Both the position numbers and the translations under genes were made by a program. A stretch of 26,087 nt of DNA. Source: Waddliaceae bacterium. GTDB lineage: Bacteria > Chlamydiota > Chlamydiia > Chlamydiales > SLFE01. The DNA lies in contig CAWAPJ010000032.1 of assembly GCA_963783885.1 (NCBI GenBank), forward strand, positions 1 through 26,087, read 5' to 3'. Positions 8,937 to 17,906 of the stretch are shown in pieces; positions within the stretch are counted from its first letter, which is position 1; each line of letters starts with the position of its first letter. The notes below the pieces were generated by a model. The model was not told the DNA's origin. It saw nothing but the letters and a program-made list of their open reading frames with translations, and ran no database searches.

Positions 8937-9626
8937 TTAAGCTGCTATAAATTCACTTTTAGGCATTCCCAGCCTTGTCATTATGTTTAGTGCTTCGCAT
9001 TTTGCCCTTGATTCAGCCCTTTGAGTTTCCAGGGTTCTGCTTCTTAAATCATTTCCAAAGAATCGTTTAAATCTGAACATTGCTGTTTCAGCAAGCGATC
9101 GACGATGGTATCCTTTCAATTTCTTCCATAACTTTCTCGCATCATCATCTCCACCTAAACCCGAAATTTCTAGCAAACTGATATTACGCATCTCCCAAGA
9201 AGGAGATACATTTTCTCGAAAGACAGCATTCCGATTGGGTGGGATAATCGGAATTGAGCCGTGTTTTACATTGGCTGCGTAGCATCGCTCAGCATCATAA
9301 GCTCCATCTCCATAGGTGTGCTTAACAGATTTCGGCATTGCTTCGAGAAGCTTTGGGTATACTTCACAATCAGCAATTTTATTTTCAGTAAGAATCTCGA
9401 AATTGATTTCACTAGAGTCAGAACAAACTGCTTAGTGGAGTTTTCTCGATGTTCGCCTTTTACTATAACCATGCTGCCTAACCTTCCACTCACCTTCTCC
9501 ATATACTTTCAAACCGGTTGAATCGATTACAATATCGGTTACATTTTTTCCAGAAAGCTTTTTCAATTATTGTCCAAGCAATCTTGCTCTTCGACAAATT
9601 TGGGTATAAGAAGGAATGGGTAAACC
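8937..9626 (-). pseudogene. IS903-like DDE transposase pseudogene
   Basis: One frame reads LPIPSYTQICRRARLLGQ*LKKLSGKNVTDIVIDSTGLKVYGEGEWKVRQHG...KLH*AV...GDGAYD...YHRRSLAETAMFRFK. In-frame TAA stops sit at 9567-9569 and 9432-9434, and the N-terminus is missing. Confidence 0.9.
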
Positions 9627-9628
9627 CA

Positions 9629-9772
9629 CAGATAAAATCTGTGGCTAATCTCTTGCCTGTGCATGAAGCCCAACTTCTATCATATCTTAAGCATAATGGT
9701 GGTGGCAGGGGTTTGCTTATCAATTTAAAAGTAAAACTTCTTAAAAATGGGATTAGGCGACTAATCATTTAA
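9629..9772 (+). pseudogene. C-terminal fragment of a GxxExxY (PD-(D/E)XK_3-type) protein
   Basis: QIKSVANLLPVHEAQLLSYLKHNGGGRGLLINLKVKLLKNGIRRLII* matches the GxxExxY C-terminal pattern (ExK...LLPxHEAQLLxYLK...GLLINF...L.xGIxR). The 5' part is absent. Confidence 0.8.
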
Positions 9773-10074
9773 TTCCTCTCTCATAATCTCTCAGTGAGCT
9801 CGGTGATCTCAGTGGTGATTTATGCAACAACGCCGTGTCTTGTCGCAAAAGCCATTACCTCCGGTGATGACATCTTACATTGAGGATCGTCTTTTAGTCC
9901 AAAAAAGCTTTCCAAACTTCATCGCAAATACAATAAATTACTGTGACTGCATCAAGCATGTCTTTCCTCCAACTTTTTTGTGAAAAGATAATTATTTTTT
10001 AGAGCGTCTCACAGCGGATTAGGGTCACAATCAGGGGTTGAAGCTAAAAATTACAACGAAAAAAACTCGCAAAG

Positions 10075-10968
10075 ATGCTAACATTTTGGAAAAAAATAAG
10101 GATGTTGAGAATGCCAAAAGATAAAAATCTCTTTAGCGAACATGAGGCCAGTACCAATATACAAGGTCTGGAAATAGGTTTAATGTTTCCCGACATTTTC
10201 AATTATGAATGGATCGGGCAAAAAGATGTGATGGATCAGCTACTGGCCTCCTGGTTCGTTCTCGATGAACATGATATTCCTCTTAATCCCAGAATTGTCG
10301 GCAAACCGGGAGTCGGGAAAACCACCCTTGCTTATGCTGCTGCCAAAAAACTGGGTAAAGATGTATACATTTACCAATGCACGATGGATACCCGCCCCGA
10401 AGACCTGCTGATCACCCCTGTTGTGGACAAGTCTGGAGGAATCCGCTACGTAGCCTCTACTCTGGTGACAGCCATGATCCGCGGCGGCGTGTGCATCCTG
10501 GACGAGGCCAACCGCATGAGCGAAAAATCCTGGGCCTCCCTCGCGCCTCTTCTTGACACGAGGCGTTATATTGAATCCATTGCCTCTGGACTCAAAGTAG
10601 GCGCCCACCGGGATTTCAGAATTTGCGTCACGATGAACGACGACGCATCAACTTACGAAATTCCCGAATATATCCACAGCAGGCTGCAGCCGCAGATCTA
10701 TCTCGATTTTCCGGAGGCGGAAGAAGAAAGGCGCATTCTTCGTGAAAACCTCCCTTTTGTCGAAGAGCATATTATGGACTACGTGGTTAACTTTTTGCAA
10801 AAAGCGCACGCGGCAAACGCCAACTACACCATTCGAGACGGCATCAATATCGCCCGCTATGCCGCAAAAAGAATTAAATGCCTGAATGCCGAGTCGCAAT
10901 TCGACGGCCTCTTAAGACAGGCCATTGTGATGACACTCGGCGACGAGGCTCTTGACTTTTTACCATGA
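10075..10968 (+). CDS. MoxR-type AAA+ ATPase (AAA_5/CbbQ-NirQ-YehL-like); true start may be 10111
   Basis: Walker A GKPGVGKTT, Walker B CILDEANR, the FRICVTMN sensor region and SRL arginine finger. Confidence 0.9.
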   Translation: MLTFWKKIRMLRMPKDKNLFSEHEASTNIQGLEIGLMFPDIFNYEWIGQKDVMDQLLASWFVLDEHDIPLNPRIVGKPGVGKTTLAYAAAKKLGKDVYIYQCTMDTRPEDLLITPVVDKSGGIRYVASTLVTAMIRGGVCILDEANRMSEKSWASLAPLLDTRRYIESIASGLKVGAHRDFRICVTMNDDASTYEIPEYIHSRLQPQIYLDFPEAEEERRILRENLPFVEEHIMDYVVNFLQKAHAANANYTIRDGINIARYAAKRIKCLNAESQFDGLLRQAIVMTLGDEALDFLP

Positions 10969-12794
10969 AAGATATGTTTTGCCTGCAAAAAGACTCGATT
11001 TATGCTGTCCCCGTTACCCATTACAACATGGAGATGGCTGCAGAGGTAAAAAAAGTTTTCGAGGAGATTCAGCCCGATTGCGTGGCGGTCGAACTCCCGG
11101 AGACCATGTCGCTGCAGCATCTGCATGCCGCGTCGAGGCTTCCCGATATTAGCGTTGTTGTAGCATTCAATGTCCATCTCGATCCCCTCTATACGCTATG
11201 CGAGCCTTGCGATCCGATTTACGAAGCACTGAGAAGCTCTCTTGAAAAGAAACTTCCAGCCTATTGCATTGATCTGGACGTCGATTCTTACCCCGATTTC
11301 ATTGATATTGTTCCCGACCCATATGCGATAAGCAAAATCGGACTGAAAAATTACTACGAAGCTTACGAAAAAATTATCCTCGGCTCAAAACCCGAACGCA
11401 CAGAATTTGACAAGCATCGGGAACTTTACATGGCCAGAAGGCTCAAAGAACTCAGCCTCTCTTACGATAAAATCCTCTTTGTGGGAGGGATGTTTCATGT
11501 CAGACGGGTTCTTGAGCTTATCGACAGGCCGAAGTTTCCCGAAATCAAGCACGCCAGCAGGGACTCTGTGCAGATATGCACACTTTCCGAGGAGTCCTGC
11601 CGGGAAGTGATGTCCGAATTCGGGTGGATTTCGATGAATTATGAAATGCTCAGGGAACATTTTGAAAGCGAAGCATTCCCTGCCGACAGGCAAAAACTCA
11701 TCTTAGAACTTTATAAGCAAGCCTCGGAAACCTATGTGGAAAACAGCGGCCATCCATTTCCGGGCTACCATTTGCGCAATATCATGAAATTCTGCCGCAA
11801 TTATTCTCTTTTGAAAGGGAAACTGATGCCCAATCTCTTTCAAATTTTAAGCGCTGCCAAAGGATGCGTCGAACACAACTACGCTTATGAAGTTTGGGAG
11901 CTCGCTACCGATTACCCTTACCTGAATAATGTCGACGGGCTTGAAGAGCTGGATCTGAGCGCAAGAGATATTTGGGGAGACAGCAAACTCATCCAGTTTC
12001 ATTTGAGGGAAAAGGGGCGCAAAAACTATTTCCAAATGCATCGCCGCAGAAAAAAACGGGATTATCAGTTCAAGCCGCCGGACCCTTTTGCCATCTGTTC
12101 CTACCCGCCTGAAGATATTGCCGTCGAAAATTTTGGCGAATACCTCAAGAAAAAAGGATCGCAGATCCTATCCGAAGAAGGGGCGCGGACAGTCCCATTT
12201 TCAACAAGCCTTGAAGACGGCATCGACACGCGTGAAACAATCCGCCACTGGCCCGAACATAAACTCTATGTGAAAGTGCATGGAAAGCCGTTAGGGAGCG
12301 TCGGTTCGATCGTTGTCATTTTCGATGAAGACACTCCAAGCGGAGATGAAGCTGGATTTACAGAAAAGTATCCCTGGCGGACAACCTGGCTCGGAGAGCA
12401 CGACCAGGAGTCGGATATGGCCTTCTACGCAACCCCTATGGCAGAAAATGTGGTCGGCCCCGGAATCAGCCGATGTGAATATGGGGGGATGATGATGTCC
12501 TACCCTCCCCGGAGGATGTATGACATCTGGTCCGACCCCGATTACTTTATGTTCGACAAAAAGTCGGAAGTGCTTCTGGGTGCGGCTGTCGATTACGCTG
12601 TGCAGCCGCTGATCACGTATGTCGCGGCATCTCCTCCGAGGAGCGTTATGAAAAGCTTTGCTAGGCGATATGGTAAAAAAATTATTTACCTTCCTATCGG
12701 CCAGCTCTCCCCCGTTACACTAAACAAAATCCGAGTCTTTCACGTTCTTGAAGGCCACGACAAAAGATTTATTGCTGACGAATACATCAATTAA
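10965..12794 (+). CDS. Conserved hypothetical partner of the AAA+ ATPase, with an N-terminal TraB/TIKI-like region
   Basis: ATGA overlap with the ATPase gene. Motifs TH...EV...PDCVAVELP and RELYMARRL...ILFVGGMFH resemble TraB/GumN/TIKI-superfamily signatures. Confidence 0.75.
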   Translation: MKDMFCLQKDSIYAVPVTHYNMEMAAEVKKVFEEIQPDCVAVELPETMSLQHLHAASRLPDISVVVAFNVHLDPLYTLCEPCDPIYEALRSSLEKKLPAYCIDLDVDSYPDFIDIVPDPYAISKIGLKNYYEAYEKIILGSKPERTEFDKHRELYMARRLKELSLSYDKILFVGGMFHVRRVLELIDRPKFPEIKHASRDSVQICTLSEESCREVMSEFGWISMNYEMLREHFESEAFPADRQKLILELYKQASETYVENSGHPFPGYHLRNIMKFCRNYSLLKGKLMPNLFQILSAAKGCVEHNYAYEVWELATDYPYLNNVDGLEELDLSARDIWGDSKLIQFHLREKGRKNYFQMHRRRKKRDYQFKPPDPFAICSYPPEDIAVENFGEYLKKKGSQILSEEGARTVPFSTSLEDGIDTRETIRHWPEHKLYVKVHGKPLGSVGSIVVIFDEDTPSGDEAGFTEKYPWRTTWLGEHDQESDMAFYATPMAENVVGPGISRCEYGGMMMSYPPRRMYDIWSDPDYFMFDKKSEVLLGAAVDYAVQPLITYVAASPPRSVMKSFARRYGKKIIYLPIGQLSPVTLNKIRVFHVLEGHDKRFIADEYIN

Positions 12795-12810
12795 TGTTAA
12801 AATACTATCT

Positions 12811-13506
12811 ATGAAACTATTAAAAGTATTTATTGTGCTGGCTGTATTATTTAGCGTTAATTTGATTCTGACCAATATTTTGGCGGTTAAAATCTTTCAG
12901 CTTCCTTTTTCCGGCATTCCGCTAACAGGAGGCGATCTTCTCTATCCGATAAGTTTCCTGATAACCGACATCGTCTGCGAAGTTTGGGGTAAAAAATGGG
13001 CCAATTTCCTCGTGATGTGCGGATTTGGAATGAGTCTCTTTATGCTTTTGGCCGTCAACCTCACCCTTAACCTCCAACCGCATCCCTTCTGGGCGGCTCC
13101 GGGCAATCCCTTCGGCTACAGCGACGCTGGCGCCTATCAAACTGCCTTCGAGTCGGTATTCCATGTCAGCGGCATTCTCGTCTTGGCGTCGATGACCGCC
13201 TACCTCATTTCCCAGTTTACCGATGTCAACCTTTTCCATTTTTTTAAAAAGCTGACTAAAGGCAGGCACCTTTGGCTCAGGAATAATGCCTCGACAATGA
13301 CCTCTCAGCTCATCGACTCGACAGTTTTCTCAACCATTTATTTTTATCTGGGCCTGGGGTTAAATTTCTCTGCCTGCTTCGAAATCTGGCTGAGCATGTA
13401 CACCTTTAAATTCCTCTTTGCCTTAGTCGACACTCCCCTTTGCTATGCCGGAGTTTCTCTGATCAGAAAGTTTAACTATGAAGACTCGGTGGCATCTTCG
13501 GCATGA
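12811..13506 (+). CDS. yhhQ: Queuosine precursor transporter (YhhQ/Vut_1 family)
   Basis: Motifs LYPISFLITDIVCEVWG, ASMTAYLISQFTDV and LWLRNNASTMTSQLIDS, with about 6 TM segments. ATG at 12811 preferred because it follows the upstream stop. Confidence 0.9.
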   Translation: MKLLKVFIVLAVLFSVNLILTNILAVKIFQLPFSGIPLTGGDLLYPISFLITDIVCEVWGKKWANFLVMCGFGMSLFMLLAVNLTLNLQPHPFWAAPGNPFGYSDAGAYQTAFESVFHVSGILVLASMTAYLISQFTDVNLFHFFKKLTKGRHLWLRNNASTMTSQLIDSTVFSTIYFYLGLGLNFSACFEIWLSMYTFKFLFALVDTPLCYAGVSLIRKFNYEDSVASSA

Positions 13507-16301
13507 GTACTCGCTATCCGATTAGCGGGATGAAGCTGTCTTAAGGTGTCCTCGGCGACGCGGCTGATGAGCAGCTCCAAAACCATTGGACGTTTCAGGA
13601 TAGGGACAGCCACCGACTTAATAACATCAGCCAGTTTCTTCTCATTGTTTCCTAATACTGCCGTCACTGCTTTGGAGGCAATCCATCCCTTTTGCCCCGC
13701 TTCAAAGCGCGCCGCATCGTAGATCATAGCCGCCAGAAGCTCACACTCCTCTTTAAAAGAGGGATAAAAAGCCTCTTTTTCGCATGATTTCTTTGGTTCC
13801 TCCCGAGACGGCCCCATAAATTTTGTATAGAGCAAGGTTTCCTTAACATCGCTGCTATTGGATGGGGGAAGGCTTGGATCCCGCGCAAGGAGTTTTTCAT
13901 TGATTACTGAAGTGGCTTTCCGGATCACCTCATCAGAATTTAAGCGATATTCATCCAAGGCTCTGACCATAAGCGGAGCCAATGCATTGTTTAAAATAGC
14001 GTTAAAACCAGTGTTAATCAATCCCCCCCAAAAATTCTTAAACCCTCCGGCATTCATAATCACGCTTTGAAGAAGCGCCTGATAGGGACGAAGCTCCTCG
14101 GGGCTGCACTTTCGTTCAGATTTGCTGCTTGCAACAGCATATATTGCAAGAGATAGATCATCGTTTTCATCGTTAATACCTTTCAAAGCAAACGCAAGGA
14201 TATCCTGTAATTTTTCCCGATATAATGGGCGATTGTCTTCGGGATAGAATCGATTGCTTAAGTAACCCGATAGTGTTCCTCCAATCGGGAATTCTTCTTT
14301 TAATTTTTCAAAGATTACATCGGAAATCTTGTCGAGACAGTCCTCGGTCAATTGACGATTGTCATTCTCGAGTATAGCCGCAACATCCTTTCGCAGGCTC
14401 TCACCCTTCTCTTTTGCCAAAATCATTCCAATAAAAGTTTTCATTAAAGTCTCATTCACGACCGGAAGAATATCATCGCCCAGAAGCTTTTCTATTTTTT
14501 CCGGCTGTAAATAAGTATGGATGCGAGGGGTGATCACGCCGGCCAAGACTCTGTCGACAATCTGCTGCAGAGCAAATAGTTTGAAGGCATGATAGACTTG
14601 AGGAGTCTGTTCATTAAGTCTTTCCAATAAATCTTTGTATTCTATGTTCTTTTTAAGAATACCTTTGTCTTTTGCTGAAGAAACCACGCCGACAAGAAAT
14701 TGTTCATACTCTTTAATGCTGCCGGTTACATAACTGCTCGGCATAAACCCTTTTGCCAATTTGTATCCAAAAGTGACTTGCTTCATCAGATCTTTAGGGA
14801 GTTTAATTTCATTTGCGATCCGCGCAAGAAAATTGCCGACTATTTCAACCTGTTCTTCTGCACTGCTGGAACCTTCCTCTGAAATCAGATTAGGAAGAAG
14901 CATATCTCGAAGAGGTTCGCATATATGTTCTTTCACCCACTCTTCGGTCACTCCGCTCTTTGCCATCTCTGGGGGATAATGGATTCCTTTTTCTTTAAGC
15001 AATACGAAGAAGTCAGCCTTATTCTGAGCCTCTAATGAGGTGTCGAGAAATTGGCAGAATGTATTGACGCTATTGTCGATAATTTTATCCATAGGAGCTT
15101 CATGCAAAGCTGTTACCCCTTGGACAATTAAATGATCCGCCACTTTGGGAACAATTGTTTCACGCGTCTCGTCTATGATAGCGGGCAATTTCTCTGCAAG
15201 CCCGGGAATTCGTTTCCCGATAAGTTCAACTGCCTTATCTTTTAACAACCGCTTTGTCATTAAAGCATAACAATCGGCCATGAGGCGCATATCGATATCA
15301 GAGGAGATTTTCCCTTCTATCCAACACTCAAATGGCTCATTGCCCCCAACATCTTCACGTAGCCAACCAGCTATTACCTTAAAATACTCGGCAACCTCTT
15401 CTTTTTTATCCTCCGAGCCAGCCCTTTTTACATGAAGTTGAAGAGCATTCTGCCCTTCTTCTTCGGCAATCTCCCGGAGGTTAGCACCCTTTAAAAGAAA
15501 CCCATAAACATCCTTCAGGGAGTTTTTCATGGATTGATGTTCCAAATATAAGATGTGATCTTTTTCAAAAGGTTCTTTGAAATCCGCATCGGGAAAAGTT
15601 TTGTGAAAACAGTCAATTACCATTTTATTTTCTGGCTGGTCGAGCCATTGCTTCACTTTTTTCTCCCTATCTTCAAGAGACGGACCACTTCCATTCAAAA
15701 GCAATGGAATTACCGGGCCGTTTAAAGCCAAAAAAGTGGGGCTGAGCAGCCCGCCCATCGCCACATCAACTACGGGGAGGAATTTCTTAATTTGCGGAAA
15801 GAATGTTTCATCCGCCAACTCGATAAACTGTTTTAGATGTTCTTCATAAAAGATATCTGTCGCGGTTTTTGTGAGATTCATCAGCGCACCCCGAAGATCT
15901 TCAAGGTCTTGAGTTTCTAAAGGCACGTACTTAGTTTCGATTTTGTGGCTGCCGGATGATGTTGCAAGTGAAATGTGGCTGGCAGGAGCAGCTGCAGGCT
16001 TTGTGGCCGGAGGTCTAGGGGATTTATTTTCAGCAAGGATTTGTTCAATCCTTTGGCGGTAGTGTGCGAGATCGTCCGCTCGATTTGCTTTCGCACTGAC
16101 CCGCCCTAAACCAAACTTTCGCACCAGATTGCGAAGCGGCCGATAGGTATGGTTCCAAACCCATCGAAAAGGAGCCGTCAGAATGCGAAAAACAGTAAGG
16201 CTGGCAGTCCCTATGACCAGAATTTTTTGTTCATCGTTATTCTTAATTTCCGGAGGTCTGGTTAAAGGAATTGAGTTGCTTGCTTGAGTTGTCCTATTCA
16301 T
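13476..16301 (-). CDS. Large helical orphan protein (~941 aa), possible secreted effector
   Basis: Long uninterrupted ORF. Likely start MNRTTQASNS at 16301. S/T/P-rich N-terminus followed by an amphipathic W-rich segment. No motif recognised. Confidence 0.75.
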   Translation of the reverse strand: MNRTTQASNSIPLTRPPEIKNNDEQKILVIGTASLTVFRILTAPFRWVWNHTYRPLRNLVRKFGLGRVSAKANRADDLAHYRQRIEQILAENKSPRPPATKPAAAPASHISLATSSGSHKIETKYVPLETQDLEDLRGALMNLTKTATDIFYEEHLKQFIELADETFFPQIKKFLPVVDVAMGGLLSPTFLALNGPVIPLLLNGSGPSLEDREKKVKQWLDQPENKMVIDCFHKTFPDADFKEPFEKDHILYLEHQSMKNSLKDVYGFLLKGANLREIAEEEGQNALQLHVKRAGSEDKKEEVAEYFKVIAGWLREDVGGNEPFECWIEGKISSDIDMRLMADCYALMTKRLLKDKAVELIGKRIPGLAEKLPAIIDETRETIVPKVADHLIVQGVTALHEAPMDKIIDNSVNTFCQFLDTSLEAQNKADFFVLLKEKGIHYPPEMAKSGVTEEWVKEHICEPLRDMLLPNLISEEGSSSAEEQVEIVGNFLARIANEIKLPKDLMKQVTFGYKLAKGFMPSSYVTGSIKEYEQFLVGVVSSAKDKGILKKNIEYKDLLERLNEQTPQVYHAFKLFALQQIVDRVLAGVITPRIHTYLQPEKIEKLLGDDILPVVNETLMKTFIGMILAKEKGESLRKDVAAILENDNRQLTEDCLDKISDVIFEKLKEEFPIGGTLSGYLSNRFYPEDNRPLYREKLQDILAFALKGINDENDDLSLAIYAVASSKSERKCSPEELRPYQALLQSVIMNAGGFKNFWGGLINTGFNAILNNALAPLMVRALDEYRLNSDEVIRKATSVINEKLLARDPSLPPSNSSDVKETLLYTKFMGPSREEPKKSCEKEAFYPSFKEECELLAAMIYDAARFEAGQKGWIASKAVTAVLGNNEKKLADVIKSVAVPILKRPMVLELLISRVAEDTLRQLHPANRIASTHAEDATESS

Positions 16302-16434
16302 AAAGCCTACTCTGTTATTTTTTTCAAATAAAAGCTTAACATAAAGTATAATTTGCAAATATTAAGAAATAATAAAAGTACCCTTGATCCCATCAGATAA
16401 TTTCATTATAATTTCACGGAAGGAAGATTTTTTT

Positions 16435-17022
16435 ATGCAAATCAATGAAGGAACTCTTGATCTGACTGACAGAGTCGACTTGACCAATACTAATCTCTTT
16501 AATATTCCACCAAACACTATCTCTCTTAATTTAACCCGATGCAGAAAGCTGACGGATTTATTTTTTGAAAAACTTCCAAAAAACTTGCAACATCTGACTT
16601 TAAGACATCTAACGCTTGTGACAGGTAAAAATTTTAATCGACTGCCGAAACAGCTCAAGACTCTGGATTTAACAGGATGCTACAATTTTGAAGGCCGATA
16701 CATAAAACTCATCCCTAGAGCTCTTTTAAAACTCCATATAGAAGGGTGCCCTAAAGTGAGCGACGAGCATGTAATAGATCTTCCTCCGAAATTGACGGAC
16801 TTCACTTACTCCCACAAATGCCCTTATTTCGCTCCATGCGGAAATATTACTCTAACAGCACTCGCTAATCTTCCTAATACTATCAGGTCGGTGACAATCA
16901 AACGATGTGCACTGCATAACACTCAATATCCCAAAACTTTTCCTTCGGGAGTTGTCAAAAGCGTTAATTCATCCCCCTCCACAAATCCAAAGGGACGAAA
17001 CTCCCCCCAGGATTTCTCCTGA
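16435..17022 (+). CDS. Leucine-rich repeat protein (LPxxLxxLxL type)
   Basis: Repeats of about 22 aa: IPPNTISLNLTRC, LPKNLQHLTLRH, LPKQLKTLDLTGC, IPRALLKLHIEGC, LPPKLTDF, LPNTIRSVTIKRC. AAGGA precedes the ATG at 16435. Confidence 0.85.
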   Translation: MQINEGTLDLTDRVDLTNTNLFNIPPNTISLNLTRCRKLTDLFFEKLPKNLQHLTLRHLTLVTGKNFNRLPKQLKTLDLTGCYNFEGRYIKLIPRALLKLHIEGCPKVSDEHVIDLPPKLTDFTYSHKCPYFAPCGNITLTALANLPNTIRSVTIKRCALHNTQYPKTFPSGVVKSVNSSPSTNPKGRNSPQDFS

Positions 17023-17903
17023 TAAATTTGATCGCCGTAGTCGGGATTTGAGCCGCAGGGCCATCCGTAGGCATACCAGAAGAGCCTATCGGCAGGATCG
17101 AGAATTTCTGCGCTCACAGTTCCCCAAGGAAGGTCTTCTTTGGAGTAACTTTCGCTTTTGCGGGTGCCGTGATTGCAAATCGAATATCCCCATGCCGAAA
17201 GAAGAGGGTTTTCAAGAGGATCGCGATCACTATTTTCATGGTCTGACAAGATTTTTTTCATCGCTTCAATATTCATTTTTCCTGCAAACTGTTTGACCAA
17301 CTCATGTCCCCGCTCCATTCTCGTCCGGTTATTATTGTTTCTGTCGATGACAAGCGACGTGGGAGAATTGTAAGAAACTAGAGACTCGGAAAGATAGCAG
17401 TTGACTGCGAGAACGACACCGGGATTTTCGGCCGAGTAGCGGTCGTAGACGGACATGCCGAAATTTCCCACTTCTATATGAGCCAAATCTCCCGCCCCGT
17501 CGGCCAGCAAAACCGAGTAGGCGGGATTGATTTCCTTTTGATTAGCGAAAACAGCGATCGCTTGGGAAACGGTTGTGCAATGGCCCATGATATATTCTGT
17601 AATATCTGCAAAAGCAGTTGGATTCTCGGGCATTTCTCCATCTTGTTTTTCGAAAATCATAGCGCAAGTAAACGCCAGGCCCGCTTCATTGATCCCTCTT
17701 GTCGTCTCTCCCTTTCTGGCAAAGTATCCCCTCTCTTCAAGAGAATGTTCTGTCGTGGATACAAGCTCGGTGCCGATATGCACCAATTTTCCTTGCGGCC
17801 TGACCTGCCGTAAGAAAGTTCTGACATCGTAAGGGTCGTCGCTCACGCTGCCAAGCAAAGCGCGTTTGCTCTGATCTGTAAAGCCAATGAGAAAGCAGCC
17901 CAT
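16923..17903 (-). CDS. C45-like Ntn-hydrolase (acyl-CoA:6-APA acyltransferase/peptidase-like)
   Basis: Cys at position 3 (MGC), GINEAGL, LLAD, SICNHG and TVSAEILD...GWPC. Starts 3 nt after the dps stop. Confidence 0.75.
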   Translation of the reverse strand: MGCFLIGFTDQSKRALLGSVSDDPYDVRTFLRQVRPQGKLVHIGTELVSTTEHSLEERGYFARKGETTRGINEAGLAFTCAMIFEKQDGEMPENPTAFADITEYIMGHCTTVSQAIAVFANQKEINPAYSVLLADGAGDLAHIEVGNFGMSVYDRYSAENPGVVLAVNCYLSESLVSYNSPTSLVIDRNNNNRTRMERGHELVKQFAGKMNIEAMKKILSDHENSDRDPLENPLLSAWGYSICNHGTRKSESYSKEDLPWGTVSAEILDPADRLFWYAYGWPCGSNPDYGDQIYQEKSWGEFRPFGFVEGDELTLLTTPEGKVLGY

Positions 17904-17906
17904 GAT

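Larger units (their letters stand above)
8872..9834 (-). mobile_element. Defective IS5-family (IS903 group) element with long terminal inverted repeats
   Basis: The ends GGCTTTGTTGCACAATTC and GGCGTTGTTGCATAAATC match the IS903-type IR. Similarity extends about 59 bp inward (8872-8930 vs 9777-9834). Confidence 0.88.
8715..10038 (-). mobile_element. Degenerate IS982-family element interrupted by an IS903-like element
   Basis: Imperfect terminal IRs: ACCGCTGATTGTG-CCCTAATC from 8715 (+) and ACCCCTGATTGTGACCCTAATC from 10038 (-). Minus-strand transposase fragments are MLDAVTVIYCICDEVWKAF/GLKDDPQCKMSSPEVMAFA (from 9959, frameshifted) and AYQNHKSF*AKIFNSKEYHTASKKQHFFGIKVH (~8866-8768), both IS982 hallmarks. 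Confidence 0.75.

Noticed and set aside
9490..9768. 92-aa minus-strand ORF with an apparent RBS (MISRLIPF...)
   Set aside because: It is antisense to the GxxExxY fragment and out of frame with the transposase. The purine-rich 'RBS' is mostly part of the terminal repeat.
9518..9772. 84-aa plus-strand ORF treated as an intact gene
   Set aside because: It is a chimera. The first ~37 codons are antisense transposase and only the C-terminal part is GxxExxY-like.
8863..9843. Target-site duplications for either IS
   Set aside because: The flanks do not match (AAGCAAGAA vs GTGTCTTGT for the inner element, GCTCTTAA vs TGAAGCTA for the outer), so none is reported.
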